A DNA stretch of 62,210 nt, filler included, from Asterionella formosa (lineage: Eukaryota), in NCBI GenBank assembly GCA_002256025.1. It is 26 parts of 26 records of this genome, joined end to end, with 100 filler letters (N's around TTAATTAATTAA, not from the genome) between each part and the next. Parts side by side here need not be neighbours in the genome. Positions count along the whole stretch, not along the records: positions 12,017 to 14,317 come from NKIB01000033.1; positions 14,418 to 16,717 come from NKIB01000035.1; positions 16,818 to 19,117 come from NKIB01000036.1; positions 19,218 to 21,515 come from NKIB01000037.1; positions 21,616 to 23,911 come from NKIB01000038.1; 21 more parts are not named here. One strand, given 5' to 3'. This document shows, piece after piece, positions 12,321 to 24,011 of this stretch. Position 1 is the first letter of the stretch. Every line of letters begins with the position of its first letter. The translations under genes were made by a program, and so were the position numbers. The notes under the pieces are model-generated. The model did no database searches. It was not told where the DNA came from and saw nothing but the letters and a program-made list of their open reading frames with translations.

Positions 12321-12954
12321 AGATAGAAGCGAAATGCATGTTGTTGTGTAAGCAAATCATGAACAGCTAACAATGAATTGCTTCTCCTTGTTAGTATGGC
12401 TGATTGGAACAAAGATTCAATAGTAATAGGAAAATGCGTGAATGCAAACTCAGATCTGTCAGGAGTAAATGGAACAAAGCAGGGGAACAACGGCAAGGCA
12501 ACCAGTACAACAACCTTCAGAATTGGATTGGGGGGAAGGTGGAATTGAAAGCGGCACCAACAATCATTGCGATGAGAGCATTGTAGAACATTCTGTAGCC
12601 ACTCGAGATATAGGAGCATAGAACCATTCTTAAATATAATTCTAAATTTCGATCAATTTCATCCTATTTTAGACAGTGATATCGATGAGAATTACGATCA
12701 TGCTAAGATAGATGTATGACAAAAGTATACACATCATATGATAATGTTTAACTAATTATATGATGCAATGGTATTATAACTATGATAGTATCATCATACT
12801 TCAAGCTCGGTAAAAGTTTACTGCATGATCATAATTATATGATACATTGATCATATTTTTGATCGAAAAACTATCATATATGTGAAAATCCTGTGCCACT
12901 TTGTGTACGATAGCCTTGATCCTATATTCATGATAGTATTTATTTACAGACGCA
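12321..12954 (+). repeat. ~630-bp interspersed repeat with ATCAT/ATGAT-rich tail, second copy at ~48960-49604
   Basis: Long near-identical blocks, e.g. GATAGAAGCGAAATGCATGTTGTTGTGTAAGC and GACAGTGATATCGATGAGAATTACGATCATGCTAAG. Confidence 0.9.
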
Positions 12955-13331
12955 ATGAGAGAAACGGTCATTGAAAGGGAGCAAGGATTTTAGGGCCCAT
13001 TCCCACAGACACTGAATGTTGGGGACACACAGCAAATGAATTTCGAAAATGGCCATGTTGGTCCATTCTGGATGTCACCGACACAAAGGGAAGCAAAACG
13101 ACATGACATTCAATTAGGGACCACCTCTACCAATGAAAGAAATCGTTTCGCCTTGGAATTAGACCTGAAAACAAAAGGAATCAAAACCAAGGGAAAGAAC
13201 AAGAAGGAGTTAGTTCAACTGTGCGTTTTGCATGAAATTCCTAGTACAGTCATAACTGTTGAAAATTTTCGTGAAGGATGGGAAGGAAGAGTGAAGGGTT
13301 TGCTGCAAGTTCTTTGGGAAAGAGGATTCAT
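12950..13331 (+). pseudogene. Fragment of an IS630-Tc1-mariner-related transposase
   Basis: GPFWM...EGWEGRVKGLLQVLWERGFI resembles the KG(L/M)xxVLxERG block of eukaryotic Tc1-like transposases. Similarity stops abruptly after GFI. Confidence 0.55.
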
Positions 13332-14697
13332 TGTCAGCGGATACTCCAGATGTTCACGAGAGGTGGGGAATTATGATTGGACAAACGATTCAACCAGAGT
13401 TCATCGACATCGGAAGATATGATTATAATGATTCCTTTATCCAGCATTATAGAGCTTCAAAGCAAGCTGTAAATAAAAATATCTTGAAAACCGTAGATAT
13501 TATTTATGTTGTACAGGGAAGACGGATTACAACATATCATAATGCATATTCGCCATTAATTACTGGTATTACATACAATTGGTGTGAACAAATCAATGTG
13601 CGATCTAATTGAATAAATGATAATAAGCTTTTCCTAATTCATGAATTTGTACATGTGCCTGGTGTATACTCCGAGGTCATGGTTAACCGCTATTTTGTCC
13701 AAAAATGGTCGATCAACACTTTCACGTATAAATATAGATTATACAAATGAATATTCAGTGTATGTAGCTCGTTCATAAATAGAGAAGCGCTACATGCTCA
13801 GCTACGCACAGATGGATCCTCGTTTCAGACTAACGGTATCAGAAATTCGTGACAAAACGTGTTATTCGATGTATAGGGTTCAAAGAGGTAAAATAATTTT
13901 GATAGAGGTTCAAAGCAGTTTTTGGTTGGTAGGGGTACCTGCGGCATTTGCCGCCTAGACTAGTCATTCACTCCAATACCATTGTTTCGTATGTTGGTAA
14001 CGGCTATTTACTGGGATCCTTCGGGGAACCGTTAAATCTAGATTTGCAAGTAGGGCAAATGTTGTGCAGGGTGGGCCTGGGTGAGTTTCCGAAGTTTCAG
14101 AGGCAAGGGTTTCGACAAGACAGGCTTCCAACCACGGGATGGCCTGGCTGCTGTACCGGAGGGGGAGACTGTGATGGTCTCCGTTCCGGTCTTACCAGTT
14201 GAATGACAATGGTGTGATTCAACAAATTTATGAAGGTTCCGATTCAACAGCCAGCAGCTCCTGCGAATTTTTTTTTGGGGGGGGGGGGGGGGGGGGGGGG
14301 GGCAACCCACAACGGGGNNNNNNNNNNNNNNNNNNNNNNNNNNNNNNNNNNNNNNNNNNNNTTAATTAATTAANNNNNNNNNNNNNNNNNNNNNNNNNNN
14401 NNNNNNNNNNNNNNNNNGTTAGTAAAGTGAAAGTTTAAGTTTTGACAACTTCCTCGTTGCTATCAATTTCATCAACTGTATTCGATTAACACAGTACTAG
14501 GTTCAAGGCCTACGATACGGTCGAATACGGTAGTTGTTACAACATTGTTTCGAGATAAAATAAAACAAAAGGAACAGCCATTCACATGGAAGGCTGGAGT
14601 TTCAACATTTTAATCTAATCAAGTTTTTTGAACACTTTATAGATTCGAGTAGCGCAGCTGAAGGCCGCAGCCACCAATCAAGGAACCAACGAACCCC

Positions 14698-16717
14698 ATG
14701 AGCGCCACCCCAGACGCAACGACAAGCGGCAGCTTAGCGAGTGGATGCGGCAGCACCGGTGGGAGAGGGCGAAGGGACAACCGTCCGCGTGGGAGCCGTG
14801 GCGGCCGGGCAAGGACACAAGCGACAAGCAACAACCGTGGCATTTTTAAGGGCAGCACAGAGGGCATGAACGGAAACGTATTTGAATGCTATGAAGAACA
14901 AAGCGACAGACGCCAGTACGCCAAAACGTTAGAAGTTCTAGACGGATATGTGAGGAAAACACTGAAGTACTCTGAAGACCTTGCCCCTTTGTTTGCCGAC
15001 ACCATGGCGGTTCCCATGGTAGACATGCCAGATGACCTAGATGACGATGCAGGACTGACCATGAAAATGATTTTCGCAGAAGAAGTAAAAACGTATGTCA
15101 AGCGCAATCATACCCTGAAGAGCAACCTAGCAACAGTGTATGCGGTGATTTGGGGCCAGTGTAGTGATGACATGAAGGCAAAGATCAAAACGCACGATGA
15201 CTACAAGGACAAGACTGTCAACAACGATTGTTTTTGGCTTCTAAAACAGATCAAGTCGATTACTCTACAGTTCGATCAGAGCAGGAATGGTTTCATTGCA
15301 CTTTTGGACGCCCAGACCAGCTTCCTCAATTGTCGTCAGTTACAAGGACAGTCTGCAGAAGACTACGTCGAGTGTTTGCGAGGATGGGCTGAGACCATCG
15401 AGTACCATGGTGGCACCGTGGCAGCAAATTACAAACTGGTACCCTTCCAGGATCAGGACGGGAATGGGCGTAGCACTGAAGAGCGAAAGGAGATCGCACG
15501 CGAACGCACCCTTGCAATCGCTTTGATTCGAAGTGCTGACCCCACCAGGTATGGCACCCTCATTACTGACCTGTCAAACCAGTATGCAATGGGAATTGAT
15601 CAGTACCCCACCGATTTATTGTCAGCCCAAAGCCTTCTCGTCAACTACAGAACTCCAACGAACACCAGCGTCAGGACAGACACACCACGCTCCCAGCCGA
15701 CTGGAAGCCCTGAGGCCAGTGCAATGACGTTTGCGCAACGTGGCGAAATCGCAGGAAACAATGGAGTGTTACATGATGGCATCGTCTGTTACAACTGCCA
15801 GAGCCTAGGACACTACGCGGGAGACTGCCCTGACAGGCAGGGATCGACGACCTCAGGCACTACATTGACGCAGTATGCATACATGCTTGCACAGACCGGC
15901 GACCCTGGGATTGATCCCAAGTGGATCCTTCTCGACTCGCAGTCGACAATCTCCGTGTTCAAGAATGCCGACATGCTCAGCAACATCCGGCGTAGCCCTT
16001 ACGTACTCAGGGCGCTCACAAATGGGGGCTACCAGGACTCCAACATGGTAGGAGATTTTCCCAATTTGGGTAAGGTTTGGTACAACCGTGAATCAATCGC
16101 CAACATCCTCTCCCTTGCTGAGGTGCGCAAGGTATGCCGCATCACCATGGACTCTGCGGACGAGCCAGCGATGTTTGTCCACAGACTCGATGGAACTGTG
16201 ATGAAATTTCTTGAGCACCCCTCAGGACTATATGTGTTTAGTTGTAACAACGATACTAACGACAATGTTACAGGTTATACCATGCTATCCACAGTAGCAG
16301 AACAGAAGAAACTATTCTCACGACGTGAAATTCAATCAGCCAATGCAGCCAGAGATTTGTATAGAAAGATCGGGCGGCCTGCCGAGGCGGAATTCCAATC
16401 CATCTTACGGAACAACTTGATTAGAAATTGCCCAGTGACGCCAGACGACGCCAAGCGCGCCCTCATTATTTACGGTCCAGACATCGCTGTCATAAAAGGT
16501 AAAACTACGCGGTCTCGCGCCGCCCCAAGAGCGCCAACGTTTGTGGCCGAACCGATTCCTGCCCCAATCCTGGAGCATCACCACAACGTAACGTTGTGCG
16601 CCGATTTCTTCTTTGTGCAGGGTCTACCATTTTTTCATACCATCTCACGCGGCATCGGTTTCCGAACCGTGGACCTGGTTCCCGACCGGACCAAGACTAC
16701 CATTCTACGCAAAATTC
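14698..16717 (+). mobile_element. Ty1/copia (CoDi-type) gag-pol N-terminal part, uninterrupted ORF
   Basis: Gag with CCHC knuckle CYNCQSLGHYAGDC, protease WILLDSQST, pre-integrase region (LYRKIGRP...NCPVT.DD...YGPD...KGKT) and the integrase start LCADFFFV. Confidence 0.92.
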
Positions 16718-17419
16718 NNNNNNNNNNNNNNNNNNNNNNNNNNNNNNNNNNNNNNNNNNNNTTAATTAATTAANNNNNNNNNNNNNNNNNNNNNNNNNNN
16801 NNNNNNNNNNNNNNNNNATCTTCAGTTTTCATAATTGTAACAGCAAAGCGAGCGAGAAATCACATGGTTCTGTTATTGTTCTCTACATTTATTTTACATT
16901 TTAGCCGTTCATTTCATAACAGGAGCATCTTTTTTAATGCATCAGTGAGTTGCAGTGCTGACTGGTGGCTTGCTAATACCGGTGTTCTGCTGTCAATTTG
17001 ACTGCTCCGTGAAACAGTTGAATAGCACATGTGTGTGTTGCTTTCTGCTGTTGCTTGTTCTATTAAATGAATTACTGACACACTGTTCTTTTGTAAATCT
17101 TTGCAGGTCAATGAAGAAGTCATTTTAAGGACAAGGAGGAAGCCAGTGTGATACATTCCTGTTGCGATTTCGCATCATGATGCCTTTTCAAGAATGAATA
17201 ATTTTTCATTCAGAATGAATGGTTTCTGTTTGTCTTGCATTGTCCTTACAGACATCTCATGATGCCTGCCTTCTCAAGACTGAAGATGCCATTCTGAAAG
17301 AACTGCTTTGTTTGATTGCATATCGAGATTTGTTTCCCATGAAATGTGAAATACCGGCAGTTGAATTAGAAATCAACATATTTGATTGTACTTTTAAATT
17401 ATGTAAACAAATTTAATAC

Positions 17420-17590
17420 ATTACGTGAACTATATTATAGAATTACGTGAACAAATTATAAGGCAATGTGAACTAAATTACAGAATTAAGTGAAGTATTC
17501 CAGATAGTTACATGAAGTATTTCAAATAATTACGTGAAGTATTTCAAATAATTATGTGAAGGTGATCACGTAATATACATCTAAGCCGCG
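17420..17590. repeat. ~7 tandem 22-bp GTGAA-anchored units ending in CATCTAAGCCGCG
   Basis: TGAA recurs every ~22 nt. The last units match 4811-4870. Confidence 0.75.
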
Positions 17591-17941
17591 AAATACGCCA
17601 CTTTTCGAAATTTGTTCTACATAGGAGTGTTAATTATGTGGTACTTCACATGAATTAGCTAATGCCACTCTTCCCGAAGAAAAGGTTACTTTTAACGGTT
17701 TCATGTGAAGATTTCACGAAAAACTTTGAACTCGAGACTGGTAGCTACTACTGCTTGTACTGATGGTGGAGGTGCTGCTGGCTGCTGCGACTCCTTCCAT
17801 ATTGACAACAACCACACTTTCAACATTGACACAGGAATGTGAATATAGAACACACTTTCCTCCCTCGTAGCCGAGCAGACTGGTGCATCTATCTTTCATT
17901 TTCTTCCATGTACGACGAAGTGTACAAAGAGATGATGGTGA

Positions 17942-19117
17942 GTGGTGGGGGAGTTGCGAAAAAAACCAAACAAGCAGTGGCACTCGAAAGTAGGGATTTT
18001 TATTGACAATGAACAGGATCATTTTGGATTGGATACAGAATATAAACTCATCAGGCCTGACTGTCCCTTGTTGTTTGCTGATGAAGTAGGTTCTAATACT
18101 TCACAATCAAGATGTGCAAAGTTGGAAGCGAGAAATTCCTATGCATTTCAGGAGGGCGACCGCAAATCCGTGCCTCAACCAAAGATGCCATTTCACCCTC
18201 CTAGGCTTCACTTCAGCCAACGGCAATACAGTTCTATGTGCACTCATCTTCGATTCAAAAACCTTGGACGAGGAAGAATGGGTTCTTGGTCTGGTGCATC
18301 AATTTGCTGCATGGGAGGGAGAAGAGGAAGACATACAAGGAAATAGTGGCGTGGCAAAGGAAAACAATACCCATAGTAAGGACCATTCTGTGCGTGTTGT
18401 TTACGGAAAAAGCTTACACACATATTGTTGTGTGAATGAAAGTGGCTCAATTACAGCAGAACTATTGGTTGGAATGCTAAATCACATTGATAAATATGGA
18501 CTGTTTCCCTGTGAAAATGCCCCCCAAGTGTGAGAACCAACAAGAAAGTCAATATCAGAGCGAGGATGGGGTCCCTTGACCTACAATGTCCTGTTGCATC
18601 CCGAAATTCAAACAACCAGCAGGACAAATCTGAAACCCATCCTTGAAGTTCTCACTGCAGCAACCACAAACACACTCCTAGGTGAATTGAATCTCCGATC
18701 TGGCCTGGTTATGCTAGTAAACTTGTTGAAAGAATAAATGACTTCTGTTAATGTGAAGAAGCCCAAAATGGAGTTGACCAGGAAGAGCAAGCAAGAAAAC
18801 GAAAAGAAATGGCAGATTCGCACATTGTGGGGAACAAGAAGAGGATCACTGCTGGCCTACTAGCATCAGCTAAATTGTTTGCACTTGGACCCAATTTTCT
18901 GGCTGCCACTCAGCAACGGGAGAAAAGGCAAGATGATGTGATACATGCAAAAGGAGTAAAAAGTCACAAGATTTTGCGCCCCTTGAAATGAAATTTCTAG
19001 CTTTGAAGGAACAAAACAAAACAGATGAGCAGATGTCTGTGGCAGATTTAAGATTTTTGGTGCGATGATACAGGCGCCAAGGCGACTTTCCATCGCCACA
19101 AACAAGATCAGGGCTAC
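17942..19117 (+). pseudogene. Decayed pogo-like DDE transposase
   Basis: LFADEVGSNTSQ (first catalytic D), HFTLLGFTSANG..VLCALIF and ESGSITAELLVGML, then KKRITAGLL...FALGP and RRQGDFPSPQTR. Several frameshifts and stops. Confidence 0.75.
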
Positions 19118-19217
19118 NNNNNNNNNNNNNNNNNNNNNNNNNNNNNNNNNNNNNNNNNNNNTTAATTAATTAANNNNNNNNNNNNNNNNNNNNNNNNNNN
19201 NNNNNNNNNNNNNNNNN

Positions 19218-21170
19218 TCATAGTGCGTTCGATAGAGATCATTCATTGAATAACGAAAGTAATCAATCTTGCGATCACTCTGTCGAGAGGGACAGCGAGC
19301 CACTTCCGAGGAGTGCGGCTGCTGCAAGCGATGCAGCATACTCCATTGGTAGTTATCGCTCTGACAAGAACGAGAATTCTGCCGATTCCTTCATCGGTCA
19401 AGATCAGAAGAGACCAGAAGGCACATCGGATCGCTCCATTGTCAGCTCGAGGAGCCATTGTTCCGACGACATTTCGATCGACTCCAATGGTGCTCCATTG
19501 TCAAGGAGTCCCATGGTCACCACCGGTGATCGCTCGGTTTATAGTGGTCATAGTCATCGATCCGATGCGCGCTCATTTGACTCTCGTGGTGAATTGTTAC
19601 CGAGGAGATCAGTTGACCCAGACGATCATTCCTATAGCCGCAGCAGCAGCTATCGATCAAATGAGCGCTCCTTGGATCCTTTCAACCAATCATTGCTCAG
19701 TAGACGAGACGACAGCGGTCATCATTCCTCCTATACAAGGAGCTACCTGTCAGGCGACCATACTATGGATACCAATGGTTCACCACGGACGTTCCGATCA
19801 GACTCTGAGAATCGCTCTGATTATCGGACCGACCATAGTGGGGGAAATCGATCAAATGTATTGGACGCCTCCGTAGCTTTGACGGATGTTGCAAAGGACC
19901 GGGACTCCACAGGTTCTGTCAGATCCTCGAAATATTCTTCAAACAAAGAGTCATCGCCAGAAAGTAATGCCGGTTCTCGTCATAGTGCGTTCGATAGAGA
20001 TCATTCATTGAATAACGAAAGTAATCAATCTTGCGATCACTCTGTCGAGAGGGACAGCGAGCCACTTCCGAGGAGTGCGGCTGCTGCAAGCGATGCAGCA
20101 TACTCCATTGGTAGTTATCGCTCTGACAAGAACGAGAATTCTGCCGATTCCTTCATCGGTCAAGATCAGAAGAGACCAGAAGGCACATCGGATCGCTCCA
20201 TTGTCAGCTCGAGGAGCCATTGTTCCGACGACATTTCGATCGACTCCAATGGTGCTCCATTGTCAAGGAGTCCCATGGTCACCACCGGTGATCGCTCGTT
20301 TTATAGTGGTCATAGTCATCGATCCGATGCGCGCTCATTGGACTCTCATGGTGAATTGTTACCGAGGAGATCAGTTGACCCAGACGATCATTCCTATAGC
20401 CGCAGCAGCAGCTATCGATCAAATGAGCGCTCCTTGGATCCTTTCAACCAATCATTGCTCAGTAGACGAGACGACAGCGGTCATCATTCCTCCTATACAA
20501 GGAGCTACCTGTCAGGCGACCATACTATGGATACCAATGGTTCACCACGGACGTTCCGATCAGACTCTGAGAATCGCTCTGATTATCGGACCGACCATAG
20601 TGGGGGAAATCGATCAAATGTATTGGACGCCTCCGCAGTTTTGACGGATGTTGCAAAGGACCGGGACTCCACAGGTTCTGTCAGATCCTCGAAATATTCT
20701 TCAAACAACGAGTCATCGCCAGAAAGTAATGCCGGTTCTCGTCATAGTGCGTTCGATAGAGATCATTCATTGAATAACGAAAGTAATCAATCTTGCGATC
20801 ACTCTGTCGAGAGGGACAGCGAGCCACTTCCGAGGAGTGCGGCTGCTGCAAGCGATGCAGCATACTCCATTGGTAGTTATCGCTCTGACAAGAACGAGAA
20901 TTCTGCCGATTCCTTCATCGGTCAAGATCAGAAAAGACCAGAAGGCACATCGGATCGCTCAATTGTCAGCTCGAGGAGCCATTGTTCCGACGACCTTTCG
21001 ATCGACTCCAATGGTGCTCCATTGTCAAGGAGTCCCATGGTCACCACCGGTGATCGCTCGTTTTATAGTGGTCATAGTCATCGATCCGATGCGCGCTCAT
21101 TGGACTCTCGTGGTGAATTGTTACCGAGGAGATCAGTTGACCCAGACGATCATTCCTATAGCCGCAGCAG
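19218..21170 (+). repeat. 762-bp tandem repeat, ~2.6 copies
   Basis: TCATAGTGCGTTCGATAGAGATC recurs at 762-nt spacing. Copies differ by only a few substitutions. Confidence 0.97.
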
Positions 21171-21515
21171 GTGTGCCCAACATTTAGATTTTTCAAACGA
21201 CCATGATAGGTCACCCGATCTTTGCCATGATGTGAATTCGTTCTCGGCAGAAGCTGAATTGAAAAGTAGGGTCGTTGACTCAGTCAATGGTAATAGCATG
21301 CGAATCGATATGAGCGAGGGTCAATCTTGGGACTTCGATCAAGATACTGCAGATATCTTAGAAGGGGTTGCTCTACAGTCGACAACAGGGAACGCAATAA
21401 TGTTGAGAGATGATACGAATGACGACGGAACCGCAAGCTCATGGTCTGATGGCTACAAGGGTAACAATTCCTTGCCTCTTCACGCTGCCTCTTTGCCAGA
21501 CAGATTGAGTGGCTC
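19218..21515 (+). CDS. Ser/Asp/Arg-rich repeat protein, open at both ends, function unknown
   Basis: One stop-free frame spans the contig. It is built from a 762-bp (254-aa) unit starting at 19218, 19980 and 20742. Confidence 0.7.
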
Positions 21516-21799
21516 NNNNNNNNNNNNNNNNNNNNNNNNNNNNNNNNNNNNNNNNNNNNTTAATTAATTAANNNNNNNNNNNNNNNNNNNNNNNNNNNNN
21601 NNNNNNNNNNNNNNNGATAACAGTTATAGTAGTACAAGCAATGTCTCCAAAAAATTATAAAGAGGTTCATGGAAACAAGCGACATGTGGCAAATGCTGCC
21701 GGTATGGAACAAAGAAGCAAGTACCAAAATGAGTTAACAAAGAAAAAGCGAATAGGCGATTATCCAAAGGGAACCAATCGGCGACAGGGAGTTAGTGGG

Positions 21800-22398
21800 G
21801 GTACTATCCCATCGTCGATGGGGACACCATCAGATGGGGTTGGGCCTATTTCCATTGTAAGGATTGACTTTTATTATCATGTTAAAATTGAAAGTAATGT
21901 TCCCGGCCAAACTACTATTCTCAGATGCCATCCGAAATGGAATAATGATTCAAATGCAGGAATCTCTGGTCGTGAATGGTTTGACTGGGTTGAAGTGAAC
22001 TGGGAGAAAGGAGATGGATCAAGTTCCTACACAGTTCCGGAAAAACTACTTCTTTGGGGAAATAATTTATTCTCCAACACAACAACCATTCTCTTAGCGT
22101 GAATTCATTCCTTGAAAAGTTCAGCTGAAATGAAAAATAATTCATAAACGTATGTTTTGTGCAAGAGGAGACACCTTATGCAATGATACAACTGGCTGAA
22201 TTGAGCGTTGTTGAATTTCATAACATATTTTCGGCAGCATTTGTTGTTCCTGCTTTGAAACCACAGGAATCAAGGAAATCTCTGAAACCGCAAAAAGTTT
22301 TTGAACAGGTACGGAAAGATAATTTTTTTGTTGCAATGCCTCCACTTCATTTATGGAAATCAATCAGGTGGGACCAATTGGGTGGGGCCAAAAACTAA
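21800..22398 (+). pseudogene. C-terminal region of a Plavaka/EnSpm-like transposase, disrupted
   Basis: LRCHPKW...EWFDWVEVNW...PEKLLLWG, then after frameshifts SAAFVVP...FFVAMPPLHLW. The pattern resembles Plavaka-type C-termini. Confidence 0.5.
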
Positions 22399-22618
22399 CA
22401 AGCGAACGTTGATATATACAGAAGAATAATATAAATAATAGGGTTAATATAGTTTCACATACTAGTTAAGTTATTAGAAGGTTTTCACAAACTAAAATGT
22501 CCTAAGGAATGATGAGATTGGATGATCCCAATGGTCCGCCCATGAATTGTTCTTTTTCACTCCAAGAGAACCTAAGATGGTCCTTTTCGTTTCTTCCGAA
22601 ACTTTTCTTCTCCACTTT

Positions 22619-23911
22619 TCAACTGCAGTTCGATATGAGCGAGTCTGTAAACTTTTTCAAATTGATTCCAGAAGAGCTATCATCAGTTACAAAATATTTT
22701 TTCAACTTTTTGTCAATTTTGACGCATCCAGAAATTTGTCCAAGAGGTAGATGGGTATACCATCTGAAGGTGGCAACTGTTTCATTCAATTGTTGGATCA
22801 TGGATTTCACCTTGCATCTTTCTTGAAAGATGAATTGCAAGGAAGACGTCCAAATACTTCGTTCAACATTTTTAAATCTAAATAGGATGTCAAAATTTTG
22901 TCGATACAAAATTGAAAAACAGTTATTTCCAACTGAAACATATCCTTACGAATGTTTGTTGTTGTCACTTGAGGCCAAACTGTTCCAAGATGAAAGTATG
23001 TTGACTTGGTTGGAGGGTCAGATGTAACAGATAACAAATCGTCTGTTCGATTAGTTGCTACCACCTGACGTTTTAAAACTTTCCAGAACTCGATCTCCAA
23101 ACGGAATTGAGCCCGGTTGCCAAGAAATTTGGTTTTGCCATTCCTTTCTAGTGCGTAGCAATAGAGTTTCCAATACTTTCACAATTGTAAATGGTCCACA
23201 TGACCATCCACTATCATCTTCTGGTTGAAATAACATGGAATCATGTTCAGTGGCCATTATGATCTGCAATGGTGCTTTGGTGCCAGTATAGAAAGATTCC
23301 AATAAAGCAAGTCAATTTCTTCAGGTGTATGGTATTCTTGTGGAAGATATCCTGTATCGGTGCATAACAATTTTAATTGTTTCGTGCATCCAGGGATGAT
23401 GCAGTACTTACGGGCAAGGTGAAATACTTGATCATAATGTTCATCCAAACTTGCATCTTTTCCTGGATCACGGACTTGACATAAACCATCATTTATAGGA
23501 AAAAGATAATGCACAAAATGGTTGTTTTCCTCCTCATCTAATCGTTTGCAATAAACAATTAGCACGTAGTTACTGTCATGATGAAGTGGATGACAATCAC
23601 CTTGGTATCTATAGCTACTGTTTCTCATTACCCTTTTCTGGGTTCTCATCCAGATCAAATATGAACTCTACATCAGTTGGATGAAGTTCATGAATAATAT
23701 AATGGATCATAGAGGTAATTGTTTCAAGGTCCCAATATGCAAGATCTTTAAAATCTGAAGATAATTTTTTGATACCTTTGACTCCATAAAATACAGAGAC
23801 GGAGGCGTATTTGCTTATTTCTTGTGGGGTACCTGTGTACAAATCTTTCCACAATTATAGTTGTCCATGAGTTTTCGGCAAACTCAAGGAAAATGCAGTT
23901 TGCTTTGGCAT
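22619..23911 (-). pseudogene. Ulp1/C48-like cysteine peptidase-related gene, frameshifted
   Basis: Successive minus-strand ORF pieces give NHFVHYLF (His), VRDPG (Asp) and FQPEDDSGWSCGPF (Gln/Cys), in the order of the Ulp1-family triad. Confidence 0.45.
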
Positions 23912-24011
23912 NNNNNNNNNNNNNNNNNNNNNNNNNNNNNNNNNNNNNNNNNNNNTTAATTAATTAANNNNNNNNNNNNNNNNNNNNNNNNNNNNNNNNN
24001 NNNNNNNNNNN

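Noticed and set aside
13332..13854. Possible solo LTR (TGTCA...TGACA) interrupting the transposase fragment
   Set aside because: No matching TSD, PBS or PPT, and the transposase does not resume afterwards.
14268..14302. Poly-T/poly-G run as a G-quadruplex or regulatory element, and the poly-Pro ORF 14038-14310
   Set aside because: A homopolymer at a contig end, likely a sequencing or assembly artefact.
14418..14560. 5' LTR end and primer-binding site of the copia element
   Set aside because: ...TACAACA is plausible, but the following TTGTTTCGAG is not a recognisable TGG-starting PBS.
19313..21187. Alternative-frame and antisense ORFs over the repeat protein, ThrRS, HSF and TE genes
   Set aside because: Shadow ORFs of real coding regions with no independent motifs.
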